The notes: generated from the sequence alone by a model not told the origin. 61,534 bases of DNA, filler included, from Choristocarpus tenellus KU-1152 (GCA_964200185.2; 12 parts of 12 records of this genome joined end to end with filler, not necessarily neighbours in it); one strand, 5' to 3'. Counted from the whole stretch's first letter, positions 1 through 12,866 are shown. Translations and numbers: made by a program.

Positions 1-1300
1 ACCAAGCTGTTCTTTGTCCTTCATTAAGCACCATCCAAAAGCCGCGGGTCCAGTGTGGGATAATTCAACAGCTTGCACTTTTGCAAATGTGACATCCATG
101 AGGAGGCCTTTATCCCGGTAGGGGACTGAATTAGTGTCCACGAGTGCCCCAGCATGGAAGACCAGATCCATATGGAAATTCCTATCCACTGTGAATGGGC
201 TACCGTCCTCTACAGTGTAAGGGATGCCCATTCCTTTGCAGATTTGACCTAGACTCTTCACAATTGGTGTGTGTTGGTGGGCCTATCCTCGTGCCCTAGG
301 GAAGGTACAGGCATGCCTAGTGTCCACGTTTTGCCTCCTGCACCCAGCCACCAGGCACCTGGTGGATAGGGCCTCCTCCCTCCCTAGGGATCTGCTGGCG
401 GTGAGTGTAAACTCTATGGGAGGGATCTGGAATGCTGGTTCCAGGGGTTGTGTGGAGCCCCATGCATGCATTGCCCCTTGTCCACAATGGCTCCGGTGGC
501 GGGCCAGGGTTAGAGGGGAACTTTCCTTCTTGTTCTGCTCCATCGGGTAGGTCGGCCAATTGCGTCTTGGAAAGGGCCGAAGCGGATCCTGTTTAGGAGG
601 CGGGTAATCTCGTGTTGTGCCCTCCTTGTGATCCTTGCATCATGGCGGGTGTGAGGGGTTTTGTTCCCCCCCAGGCTACCCAGCTTTGTCCAATAATTTC
701 CGTGAAGTCTTCTGAAGGGACTCCTGTTGAGAGGAGGGTGCGGATATATGATCCCAGGGTCATTACTATGGAGTTCATACGGATGATTTGTGAGAAAGTC
801 TCTCCACGAGGTCCTTGCTGCCTTGCTAAAAAGGTGGGGAGAGTAGCCACCAGTGATCCTACGAAGGCTGCATGCTGGTGATGCTTCATATAGGATAGGT
901 CCAACCCCCCCGAACTTGTGGGCATCTGTGCCTGTACTTGTTGTTATGTCTCCAGGCGGAGAGACCCATTTTCGCAACCCCCTTCAAAGAAGTCGGTGGC
1001 TCCCGCCGATTCTGCTACCTCCATTATCTTCTCCAGCGTCCACTGTGAGGTGTTGTCTGCTTGCTCCATGGTGGAGCATGCCAAGCGGGGGGCAGTGACC
1101 CTTACCGAATTAACTGAGGGGGAAGAGAGGGACCACGAGTTGAGGAGCCAGGCAACTTGTTTGTCCTCCATCTCACTCTGGTGCGTGGCCAGCATTCGTG
1201 ACCCAGAGCTCTCGATCACCTCAGCCATATGGGCTTGGATGAATCCATCTGTTCCCACTATAACAAAATCATTTTGGGTTCAAGACCAGGTTGATTCTTG
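1..1300 (-). mobile_element. Degenerate CRE-clade non-LTR retrotransposon (RT thumb + zinc finger + restriction-like endonuclease), 5'-truncated
   Basis: Minus-strand translation gives GTDGFI...QAQMPTSSGGLDL...HAAFVGS (CRE-type QAxLPxxxGGLGL thumb), ARHRSHCGQGAMHAW...EFTLTASRSLG, zinc knuckle CLVAGC...HAC, then H..IVKSLGQI...MDLVF...LLMDVT (RLE D..D motif). Stops and frameshifts are present. Confidence 0.85.
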
Positions 1301-2770
1301 TTGTACCTACAAGTTCTGTAACATTATTATTCCACCTGACATTTTGTAGATGTGTGAGGGAAAAGTCAAAGCAATATAATATGGAATTTCGTATGTGTAA
1401 AGTTGTAATCGTAAGATTTCTCCAACTATTTGTTACTTCTATACCTACAACACTATCTATGACTAATGTTGTCTTGTACAATAAGAATTTTAGACGAAAG
1501 TGAAAAGTGTAAATTAAAGGGTATTATCGTACGTGTACGATATATCGGGTAGTGTTTGGTGGTCCTTCCAAAGGTGAAGTGGTAAGGGGTGATGACCAAT
1601 CGCCATGATCATCCGCCTGTTTGAAACCAGTGCGCCCAGTCCGTAGTCTGCTTTGTAGCTCAAACTCTTGAGAACAAGTTCGTACAATCCGCCCCAGTCG
1701 GGTGGAGTTTCATGGCGCGCTGAGTGTTTCCCCGATTTTTTCGCCTACTAGTTGTACTATACAATTCCTCAAAACTTGTAACTAGCAGTTCAGGAAGTCT
1801 TCAAATCATCCAGTTCCTGCTCAGTTACGATTAAAGACGGCACAGTGTAAGACTGATGGAAGCTACAACCGTTGACAACATGGCGCACTCTACAGAGGAA
1901 CGCCAAGATCGTGAAAATGAAGGTGGGATGTGGAGTTGGTTACTATCTATCCGTGGAAGGTCCCATCAGACTGCCCCTCCCAATCAAGCCCAGCAGTCAA
2001 CTACTCAAGAAGACTATTGGGTAGCTGCAGGTTTCGATCCTCGTGGAAGCCATGAATTGAGCGGTGGAATCTTGGGAAGAACATGGGCTGGAGGTGGGTC
2101 TGGAGGATCTGTTGTCCAGGTTTGACCGCAAGTTAGAGGCGTTAGCACCATTCTCGCCGACACAGGTAGTAATAATCTTGATGGAAACGCTGAAAAAGGT
2201 GATCGAGGTAGAGAAAGTTCTCCTAGATAGACGTGAAATCCGACTTTCGTTCTTCGTAGTCGTGTGAGGAACGGGTTGGGAAAGAGGGGAAGATTCTCCG
2301 ACAACGCAGACCGACCAAATGCAGGTTTGGTCTATTGAGTGCATGCAATGGCCCTTGTTTTAGATTGGCAGTTAATTCAGCCTCGTATTGGCGAGTAGAT
2401 CCTCTTGTGGTAAGCCATGTCACAGCGAGGAAGATTTGCGCAACACTTGCCGACCATAGGGATAGCTGAAGGTCCACCATTTTCTGACTAGGGTTTCGAC
2501 ACACTGTGCAACCTTTCCGTCAATTTCATTGTTTTACCAGGTTACTTCTATGTTGGTACTGTAACATGGTGGTTCGAACGCCCCAGTGCGGCGTTGAAGC
2601 CAGGATCAATGGCCTTAGCTCGCAAGGTGTCCTCTCAAATATGAGTACTCAGTATATGAATACTCAGTATATGAATAGTCTCGAACACGTAACCTGAACT
2701 TCATACACTGTCATGTGCACATACATAAACCATTCCCCCTCACCCCTTTACCACATGTGAACATTGATAG

Positions 2771-3156
2771 CAGGGGGTTTGGGCAGTGAAGCGCGAAGGG
2801 CAATTGGCGCCAGAGGCCGGGCAGGGTTGTTGTCTAGCCTCAGAAATCTGCAGTCTCGAAACCGAGTTGCTGGCTGGCCCTCGGACACAGCTGAAGGAAG
2901 AGGTGGAGGAGCAGTAGCCAGGATGAGGGAAGGAGGAACAACATTGCAGGAAGTGGCATTGCCGGTGGAGGGAGGGAGGGAAGAGCAGGAGGGAGGTGAG
3001 GGAGACGACAACCGAATCTTGTTTTATCACAAGCCGGCCTTGGCCAACACAACAACAGGGGACTGGCCAGAGTCCATTCCCATATACCTGTCGTGCCCTG
3101 GGGGAGGTATGGCACTCGGGCTGCCACTCAATGGGGTCTGGGAGGGGACAGAGCAG
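2771..3156 (+). CDS. Internal exon A of an unidentified multi-exon membrane protein gene
   Basis: Open frame within ORF 2764-3168, with AG acceptor at 2769-70 (or 2772-73) and donor CAG|GTGAGC after 3156. Phase 0, compatible with the exon at 6281. Confidence 0.65.
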
Positions 3157-3169
3157 GTGAGCCAATAGT

Positions 3170-4320
3170 TGTGTTTATAAACGTGGGGGTAATTGCTTTT
3201 GACCAATGAAGAATAATGTAGTGGTTTGGATGTTGAGGTATCTCGAGGAGGATGCATTATGGAAAAATTGGTTGTGATAATGCAATTTTAGGAGATGGTC
3301 AAAGGCAGGCATGAGGTGAGTCTTTTGTAGTGATGGGATGAGTTGTGGTGATTGGGTGCAAAATTTCTCCAAGGTCCTTCGTTGAAAATTTGACCGATTG
3401 GCACTTAGATATGGCATGGTGCCATAAGCAGAGCTTAGAACCAACACAGCCTTGGATTTCTAATGTGTGCTCAAAAGACCTGAACCTGGCACTTCGAAAA
3501 AGGAATATTGCTCCTTTGTCAGTAACATTAGGCATATACCTGTGCCAATTCCTGCCTTTCTTAGGGTTATAGTTTTAGGGTTATTTTATGCCTAGGAGTG
3601 GGTTAGAGACCAATTGTTGAGGTCACAGTACCGGGTTCCTTGTGGTAGATGATAGATTATGTCTTGATGGAATCCCAACGAAAGTAGCACATGGTCTAAT
3701 TTTCGAAGCCATCGTTCTGCACGTAGAAAGAACACACTAGCATTCCAACTACTCCTACCATATTATTGATATATATATATATATCCACGTTTTTGTATTA
3801 TTGATGGGATAAGACTTAAAGATCAATACAGATCCTAGTGCTGACCTCTTCAGGTTTCTTGCAGTTGGTAGTATCGAGTCTGGCGTGAGTGAGGGTCCAC
3901 ATTGCAAAGTGAAAACCGCACAATAAAGAAACATGTCCACATTGCTGAGTTCTTCAAGGTGCTTGTAGTTCGTGGTATCAAGCCTGTGATTTGCGTGGGT
4001 TCATAGTGTGAAGTTAGGGCATAAGCTGAGTCCTTTGTGTAAGGTGTAGTTTATGTCCAGATGCTGCAGCACCCACAGTGCCTGTCCTGGTTGGGTCTGT
4101 GTTGCACCCAAGCGATTGGTCCAGGTCTAGGTATGTGGACTGTACTTATGCAGAACTGCATGAGTACAAACAGAACAGTAGTTTACACAAAGAGTCTATG
4201 GAGACACCCGAGCACCTGTTTTGGTCCATGGGAGGAAGTAGGATATCATTGTGAATGTCTTAGTTTAGTTTTGAGGTATGTTGTGCCCACTGTTGATGGG
4301 TTTTGTTTCTGAAAGGGCAT
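3170..4320 (-). pseudogene. Degenerate HMGXB3-like KDZ (CxC4-type) transposase relic in an intron
   Basis: Collinear motifs on the minus strand: CVNYCSVC; YKHLEELSNVDMFLYCAV..CG (cf. YxHFEALT...CxxCG); FFLRAERWLRKLDHVLLSLG..IIY..PQG (cf. FxLRAESPRDxxDLLLS..IYDFARG); HPITTKDSPHA (cf. HPVTGS..H). Many stops and frameshifts. Confidence 0.5.
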
Positions 4321-4830
4321 TATATGTGCCCTCTCCTTTTATTGTGTGAAGAAATCATGTGAGAAAAAAATGAGGTGGGATAGCAAGGACTGATCTGGTC
4401 GACTTGAGAGGAGGGCTGATAGTTGGTAAGGAGAACAAATATTGCTGGAGTTGCGTCAATGTGGTTTTTTGATACATGGAAGTCTCCCCAAATTTGTATT
4501 TCTCCTTCAACTATTGATTTGTTCTGAGAGCATTTAAACTGCGAAGCCCTGATATTTTTAGTTAGTAAGGTGAGTACATTGTGCTACACTTTGTACTATG
4601 TCCTTGTTGGTATTTGGGGAAAAGATGTTAAAGCTTTTGGCAATATCAGGAGGGAAGTGTGTGCTTGAACAACATATCACTGGTGATGAGGTTTGGGGTT
4701 GACGTAGACTTTAGGGTGTATCCTGATGCTTCAGTCTACCTGAAGTATATGATCCATTTTTGAATGTATCTCTTGTGGTAGTGCCATGTGTACAGCCCTA
4801 CGCCCTTTGTTTGTTCATCCAGCATTCAAA

Positions 4831-5146
4831 AGCCCAATACCATTTTAGCCCAATACCATTTTAGCCCAATACCATTTTAGCCCAATACCATTTTAGTCCA
4901 ATACCATTTTAGTTCAATACCATTTTAGCCCAATAACATTTTAGTCCAATACCATTTTAGCCCAATACCATTTTAGCCCAATACCATTTTAATCCAATAC
5001 CATTTTAGTCCAATACCATTTTAGCCCAATACCATTTTAGTCCAATACCATTTTAGCCCAATACCATTTTAGTCCAATACTATTTTAGCCCAATACCATT
5101 TTAGTCCAATACCATTTTAGCCCAATACCATTTTAGTCCAATACCA
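4831..5146. repeat. Minisatellite, about 20 copies of 16-bp AG(C/T)CCAATACCATTTT
   Basis: Directly visible tandem array with C/T variants. Confidence 0.97.
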
Positions 5147-6280
5147 ATATTTGAGAACTTATACACGCAGAGCTCCCCTCTGCTACTGCTGCACAAGTCT
5201 TGCCTCTTACGTCAGCAAATCACAACTGAAGGCTTGGGACTTCAAGAGCCAAAGACCAAACACGAAGCAACCTATGAAAACTCACAAATCCAGAGCAATG
5301 AATTCTTGCTCATTGTTAGGAAGTCTCATAAATAATTCTCACAGTAACACTGTTGCACCTACAGCCTTACTCAACAAAATCTACCTAATGACAACACAGT
5401 ATGGGCTAGTATGTCTCCAACCATAAGTTTAGTACCAATCAACAGTCAGTACCTAGTGCTGCAGGCATCCACATGCTAGAACCCTGCTTCCTAATCATGA
5501 TTATCATGGGATATGCAGTCGTGGTTGACATTTGGCTGTGTATTTCAGTTACCTTGAGGGATCCTGGTAAGAGGTGAATGCAAAAACTTTCCCTTCACTC
5601 TCCCCACCCAGACATATCAGAGTGCCGATGTGATTTGAAGTAACTGACGTACCTGTTGTGCTTGTATATTCTACTTGTTAGTTGGGATAGCTTCAAACGT
5701 ACACTCTACACCTTTGTGTGTTGGAAGAAAAGGAAGTTTTGAGAGTGTATTTAGAGAGTATATAAAACCTGAAACGACAAAAATGTATTTGGGGTAGGAT
5801 ACATGTGTTGTTCGGATCTATTTCAAAAGTGCAGGTTGAGATACTGTACTTTAGGGAAAAAGCTGTTGGATGTGGACGCGATGCAGGAAATGGCTATGTG
5901 CAAAGAATGAAACAGCTACAAAAGCTCTCCTGAGCAAGCGGCACTGTTGTACCGTTTTCGTTGTGATTAAGTGCGATGACAAGTGTAATTGCTGAAGGGT
6001 AGCAGCCTGTTTGTTAAGATCATGTTAGGGGCACCGTACATGCATTTGACATGAGAACATTTACCAGGTATCACAGATACTGCCCTTGAAAGACTTACCA
6101 GCTCATGCTGCACACACTCCGTAAGGGCTTGAACATATATAATCCTCTCTTTTCTCGCCCACTAAACTAATGTGGGACACAAGGTAGCAATGAGAGGTTG
6201 ATGTACTTGTGAGTATTTATCATGCTTAGCCCTGTCTGACCCACCTGCACTTGATGCTGCTCTCTTATGTTTCTTTTCAG

Positions 6281-6370
6281 GAATCATCTTTCAATGAGGA
6301 CCTATCATACACGATTCTCAGCTGGCCAGAAGGTCATGCCAAGGATGCAGTGGAGCTGCGGCGACAACAG
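6281..6370 (+). CDS. Internal exon B of the unidentified membrane protein (ESSFNEDLSYTILSWPEGHAKDAVELRRQQ)
   Basis: Polypyrimidine tract + TTTCAG acceptor, 90 bp open, CAG|GTATCC donor, phase 0/0. Confidence 0.7.
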
Positions 6371-8299
6371 GTATCCCCCCTTCCCCCCCCCCCTTGTGGT
6401 CCTTGCCCTTTTTTGTACACACTCATCCAGAGATAGACACGGAGTCTCAGAGTGGGAAATTGTCTTGGCTCCCCTGTTGCCTGTACTGAGCTAAGTATAA
6501 GTTTACTTTTGACTGTTAGCTAACCCTAACCCTATCCCTCCTCCCTTCTATTGACTTACAAACACGAAAATATTATATTTTTCTCAGGGCTCAGCATGTT
6601 AACAGGCATGGACATACGTGTGAAGTGATGGAAGGCGATACTGCGTTTGTGCTTCGCCCACACTCGATTTTTTTTGTATTTTATTCTCACCCTTCTGGTT
6701 GACGTCAGTGTATTGTAAAACAAGACTTAAAGTAGCGTGAACATTTTGAAACTGCCGATGTGTGAGATGGGAGTAAGGGATACAAGAAAATGTACAAATC
6801 TACCTTTGATAGGAAGATACATGCACAAATGTCTTGTTTCACCTTTCTTGATAATCCTTGGGGCGCAATTACAATTGGCAGAAATTCGTAAAGCCTTGCA
6901 GGAAACCCTCCTTCCCTTCCCCACTGGATCCCTGTCTCCTTCACTGGGTGTTGTACTCCCTCAAGAGCAACTGCGGAAGACGAAAAGTTGTGACCTGAAA
7001 ACCTTAGTGTCATTCGGATTACAGTCACCTATTCTACATTTTGTTGTATGAAAGACTTGAAAATATTTGGTGAAAATTATTGGCAATAGCCACCAGGTCG
7101 TGACAACTGTGACAAGCAATGAGTGACAGGTAACACACACATGCGTGGCAGATGGACGGGAACAGAATCGACAACAAAGGCAATGCAGAACAATGAACAG
7201 CCTCAAAAATCAGAGTGGAGGTCCATCTGCTGAACATCGAAGCATTGCTGTTCAGAGTTGCAAGGCGCTCTTCTACAAAGCCGGATCTCCATTTCACCTG
7301 TAAAGAGGTTGGGATATCATGTTAACACTGTGGCTAGGGCACCACCTGACTTTGGCAGTGGGTCATCATGGGGACAACTCCCTCTTGTCATCATGCACTT
7401 CGGAAGCAGTCATCTCCGTCTTCGCTTTCACCATTGGGCCCGTTTCTTGGGCCCCCCCTCCCCATCTATGCCCGTCCTCCCACTGTGCAGAGAGTTAGTT
7501 GGGAGAGCGAACCAGTCAGAGTTTGAACCCATGGCATGCAAGTTTTTGTCGAGATTTTGAGATACCATTGTACCACCAGGGCAGTAATCTTGTGCAGGAC
7601 GACTGTCTCTTGATGTTGGCGTTGACTGCCCATCGTTTCCAGGGCACTGGAGTATTCCCTAGCCTGGTGCCGACCTTGGGCACTGTCCTTGTGTCTTCAA
7701 TGGAGCTCTGCTGCGTGAGCGGCCCACAGAATGGCAATTTCCCTTTATAAACTCCACCGATCCCTACCAGCTGTTCACAATCTTCTGCATTATACCATCA
7801 TTGGTGGCATATCCTTTCCTTTTCATAGTTGGAGTCTGTGGAGTCCTTTCTTCCCTGTCAGCTCTGAGGTTGGGGATAGAACTAGCATTTGGCCTCCACA
7901 AAATGTGATTGGGAAAAGGAGGACTCTATACCAACAGAGTAGAGAACATAAAGCAGTATGCTAAATGACCTGGAAGGGATTGGTGGTGGAAAGTTGTGAG
8001 CAAAGATGGGGGGATCACCATGCCAGAGGTCACTTCCGACATGTCTACTTGGTAGACATTGGGAGAGTTGCTTGATGGACACCAGGGTTGGGAGATTGGT
8101 GCTGAGATATTTAGAAGGGACTGGTTCGGTATGAGCATTCTCTGGTATATATAATATCTCAACATTTAGGTAAAAGAAAATGTCATGGTTTCAAGCCTGG
8201 CTGGGTCATCCTCCAAACTCTCTCGACATTGGAAGGATAAATATGGACTGGAGTGGGTCTAGGAAACATGCTCAATGAGAATGTGCAGATTGAGATGGC

Positions 8300-9200
8300 C
8301 ACTCAGGGAGCATGCCAGGACTTCTGTGAATATTGTTGGACAGTGACTATGATTTTGTCAATACATTGAGATGTTGCTATATGATCATCATAGCAGGACT
8401 GCATGTACTGCCTGGTGTTAGTTAGTGCAGCGATTCAACAGCTTGAAATCATCCTTCAATAGCATATGACCACAATGAGCGTGCAATAACAAGGCTGAAC
8501 CAGCAATATGTGAACAGGGACAAGGGGGGGCAGAGAACGACAAACAGTAGAATAAGCACCAACACAGTGAGGATGACATTGTGGGATAAGAATCCACAAT
8601 ACAATAGGCTTTTTTGGCGGTTGTGGCTAAAGCATGAACTGCCCAGGTTCAACTAAGCTTACACATGAACTGTTCCCCTCATGTTCTCCATCCACATGGT
8701 GAAGTTACAAACAGAATAGACAAAGTAGAATCTCCCAATTGGGTTCTTTCCTTCATGGTATCCACCGATATGGAGGCCTCACTAACATTTAGTAGTGGGA
8801 ATTGCGTTTCTTGGGTTTGTCCCACTCAAATACTCTACCAATCTGTTGAGATCAACACAAGTAGTTCAGGGTTAGAATAACGATCTGTCTCAAACTCTTC
8901 AGTGAAGACATTGACTAGATTCCAAGTGATGCTGACAGCTGCTTGTCTGGCCAAACAAGAAAGCTAGATTACTCTCTTGGTGAACAGCACACAGCCCTCG
9001 ACAAGGTCAAAAGATGCTTGAGAGAGGGTAGATGACGTTTCATCTGTGACATGCAGGTTGATACTCTGTGAACCATGTGTTGTTCAGTGCAAGGACTTTT
9101 TCAAATAATAATAATCTAGATGAAAATGTGCATCACGTTTGCTTGCAGTACAAGCCTTTGCTTGCAGTACAAGCCAGGATCATGATGCAGTATGATGACC
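8300..9200 (-). pseudogene. Possible degenerate KDZ (CxC6-like) transposase relic
   Basis: Fragments such as CRGLCAVHQ, SILFVTSPCG and LLHAHCGH occur in a plausible order, but the region is heavily decayed. Confidence 0.3.
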
Positions 9201-9369
9201 TTACTATTGGGTCAGACAAGGATTCCTTACATGACCCTCCACAATTGTGTCTACACACGATCTGCCATACTCGATCTGCCAAACTCAATGCATACTCAAA
9301 TGTATGCATACCGAGGTGATGGTAATCGGATTCTTCATAAAATGTAGACTGTGATTTACCTTTGAACAG

Positions 9370-9506
9370 CTGTACTCAGTCAACCACAGCCTTATCACAG
9401 TGCCGACTCAGAAGGGAGCCCCTGTCGTTGCTGCTGATGGTGCTGATGTACTGATGGAACTAGCGAGCCACTTTATGGTGGGGATATATCAGCAGATGTT
9501 CAGAAG
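9370..9506 (+). CDS. Probable exon C of the unidentified membrane protein
   Basis: AACAG| acceptor, open frame LYSVNHSLITVPTQKGAPVVAADGADVLMELASHFMVGIYQQMFR, AAG|GTGCAG donor (phase 2) fitting the next exon. Confidence 0.5.
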
Positions 9507-10390
9507 GTGCAGGCAACCCCGGCCAGGCGTCTAACTCACCGCCCTGAGCTCTGTGAGGGTGTGTGTGATGCGTTTGGTTCTTTTGGAAACTTTCTGCAAC
9601 ATCGCACATATCCCGATCAGTCCATTTTCCTATTTCTTGGACCCACATATGAGCAACAGTTGTGTTATATGGCCAGTGAAAGACATAATGCTAATTCCCT
9701 TGTGGAGTGAGGGACTGGGAAAATCGAGGTGTATACCCCAACAAGGTGGTGACCTTCCCGGTGCTCTGCATGTCTGTATGAGTCTTACCTGCAGACTAAG
9801 GGGTACACTATTATTGATTTCTCTTGGTCATGTTTTTTTCTGTTGGGATTTACCTTACTGTGTTCGCTAGCTAGTACCCCCTCTCAAAGCACAGGTGCAT
9901 TTTAATTCAACGTACAGAGAGCAAAGGTTTGTGCACTCCCTGGAGTGATGATGTTTTCCAGGCTGTGGCCATCTGCGTTCTCTCTCACACAAAAAAAGTT
10001 CTGCATGGTATTAGAACCGGGATGACCTGAGAGCAGTCGTGGAATGCTAGATTGTGGAGTTCCTTCAGAAACAGGAGGTTGACCATCTAAGGTATCCCTT
10101 GTTGAGTAACGCTATGCCCTAGGTGCAGACTTGAAAGTGTTTTCATTTGGTCAGGTATTGGACATATGCAAGGATCCTACAATCGATTCATCAACAGAGC
10201 TCCGCTATCATGTGATTGGGTTAAATCCAGTTGACTCACACCTCTGCGTATCGCTCCATCTTGCCAAGCATAGCATCTTTTACTAGTAGATCCTTTCCTT
10301 TGGTACACATTTTCAAGCACCAAGCACAGTACTTCAAGGGTACCATACTTTCAAGTACACACTACTGAGTGTGCTAGATGGCTGATCAAG

Positions 10391-10499
10391 GTCCAGTGTA
10401 TCAGATCTGTGTCCAACCGAGGTAGAGGGGCGGGGGAAGGCGTTCCAGCGAGTGTCTCAAGCATTCATTCACAACTGTTTGATTGACTGTGGGCTGGAG
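10391..10499 (+). CDS. Probable exon D of the unidentified membrane protein (SSVSDLCPTEVEGRGKAFQRVSQAFIHNCLIDCGLE)
   Basis: Phase-2 acceptor (10391 or 10397), open frame, GAG|GTGTGG donor in phase 0. Confidence 0.55.
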
Positions 10500-11770
10500 G
10501 TGTGGTTGTGGTGCTGGGATCGACCTTGGTGGAGTACTGCATTCCTCTAGTTCGACGTAGCTGTCATGTCGGCGTGAGGTCTGAGGAATACTGTTGATGA
10601 CAGAATGCTTGTTGTGAGGGCAGTGGATGGCAAAAAAAAAAAAACTTACTTTGAAGGCACCCCGCATAGAACGAAGAAGGGAGAAATAGAAGAAAAGAAG
10701 AGCTTCGTATNNNNNNNNNNCAGTGGATGGCAAAAAAAAAAAACTTACTTTGAAGGCACCCCGCATAGATCGATGCAGGGTGAAGTTGCCCCTCTGAGGG
10801 GTTCACATTTGTAACAGAGCGGTCCCTTCTCCTAGGAACATGGATCGCTGAGATGGTTTGTAAGGTGTACTTATTTTTCTTTTTACACAAAAGAAAATTC
10901 TTGTGCGTGGTAGAACCTGTTACCGGAACGTTTAAAAATTGTCATGTTTTTCTTGAAGGCTTGTTAATTTAGACCCATCCCTAATAACAAACTTTTAAAG
11001 TGTGGAATGTTTCAAATTGGAGACTCCTGTCCGCACCAACCTTTTTATTTTTTATTTTGTGGAATTACTTGTTGCATTTTTGTGCTTTCTGTACTCCTCC
11101 AATAATAATAATAATATTAATTCTGTTTAAAAAAATATATTATTCCTCGAATGCCGTGCCCGACTGTATGTTCCGCAAGATGTTTCTGTCAGGAGTTTAT
11201 TTCCCTCGCTGGAGTCCACACGAGAATTATCATTTTTTTTTCATGTTTTTTTTTTTTTCATGCTTTTCCGTGCGTCGAGCACGTGATGACAAACACTGAT
11301 TATAGTGTACCCGGGAATGAGATGTTAGATTTTGTCACAAATTCCACGAGATGCAACACCCGTTTTTTTTACTTTGCTGTTGGGAAAGGGCCAAAAATTT
11401 GTGTGTGTGTGTGTTTGCTTACGGGTTCTCTCTCAAGTGAACACACACTGAGTAAGTGGAGTGCACTATTCAAGAGCATAAGAATTGCCTTCTGTTCGCG
11501 GTGGTAATTACTACATCACCTTAGATTACTTCAATAGGTTAGTCCTCCCTTCTAGGCATGACGCCCTGTTACACCCTCAGTTTCTCTTTGAACACCCTGT
11601 ACTATTTGTAAGCAATAGTAGCTCCGTCATTTCAAGGAATGTTGCCATGTTTTTGGCCACATATATAACCCTAACCCTAACCCTAAAGAATAAGAAAAAA
11701 TCTAACGACACCCCCTCCCTCCTCCCCGCTCCCCTTCTGATGACTTCTTTTTCTTTTTCTTTTTCATCAG

Positions 11771-11844
11771 GCTACTTTTTACGTTGCCATGGGCTTCAAT
11801 GTCTGTTTTACGTTGATGCTCATACTTTTGGATAACCCGGACAG
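11771..11844 (+). CDS. Exon E of the unidentified membrane protein (ATFYVAMGFNVCFTLMLILLDNPD, one TM helix)
   Basis: Long pyrimidine tract + CATCAG acceptor, CAG|GTAGGA donor, phase 0/2. Confidence 0.7.
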
Positions 11845-12333
11845 GTAGGACAGGATGAAAGGAAAGAGCTAGGTGGTGTTTGGTCTGTTGGGTTGTATCA
11901 GGAGAGGGCAGTGGAGGGACTGAGTGAGGTTTGATGGAAAGAAAGTCTCAATTTTTATATTTGTTTCTACTAAATTTTTGAGGACTGGCACTTCTACTGC
12001 TGTGGTAAATGGGCGGATGAACTTGAAACATGGGTTTGTGTGCAAGAGTGAGTGTCTTATGTGTGTGTTGGTCGCATTTTGTTTCTGTTCCTTTGCTGTC
12101 GTGTCTTGTAAGTGAACAGTCAACTGCTCTTATTCACTTCCTGTTGGGATGGCACAATCCTTACTGCACACAAACACATACACACACACACACACACACT
12201 TTCCAAGCCCCAGTAACTGCTGATCTGTCTCTTCAAGCTTGCCTCGAGGCCACCGTTTCTGTTCTGTCCCAATGGGCGTACCTTCCTTCCCTAACCCTAA
12301 ATATCGAACACCACCCAACCGTGAATGACACAG

Positions 12334-12866
12334 AGGCAGAGTGGAACCAGCAGGGCGACCTGGAAGCATTCCAGGACCTTTTGAGCACCTCCAGCGATCA
12401 GGGTCGGCTGGAGGGCTTGATGTGTTTGGCCTAGGGGGAGGGGGACGGGAGAGTGAAGAGGCTCAGTACCTGATTACTGTGCTTGCCATCAGCCTGTGGG
12501 GCACAGGGGCTGTTGTACGTTGCAGCGCAGGGGGCATTGTGATCTACATAGCAGCATGCGCAGTGAACCTCCTGGTTGGATTAGGGTCCTCAGCTAGCTC
12601 AGTCCATGCATGCCGGTACGGTCTGGACATTATCCTGCTCATGGTGGCAAGGTCACTTCTGAACTGGTTGACTTTCTCGTGGGCAACAGTCTCTGCTATT
12701 CGGGGGGGAGCCTGTAGTGCCTTTTGTAGGCGTTCTCAAAGGCGAAGGAGACAACAGAGATCTCAGAGGGTGGGGGGGGAAAGGGGGGAGAGCAGATCGG
12801 AGAGGGGGAGAGGCGTTGGGGACAGGCGGGGTGAGAGGGATGTGAGCATGGAAGAGGTATCTGAAT
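12334..12866 (+). CDS. Exon F of the unidentified membrane protein (about 3 hydrophobic segments, then an Arg/Gly-rich stretch); runs toward the contig end
   Basis: ACACAG| acceptor in phase 2 joins exon E into the long ORF starting at 12341. Confidence 0.65.

Noticed and set aside
1500-2700. Coding-like segment with several short ORFs
   Set aside because: No recognisable motif or consistent splice structure.
4831-5146. CRISPR-like array
   Set aside because: Contiguous 16-bp units without unique spacers, no cas genes, eukaryotic context.
10621-10769. About 49-bp direct repeat
   Set aside because: Flanks a 10-N scaffold gap; likely an unmerged overlap artefact.
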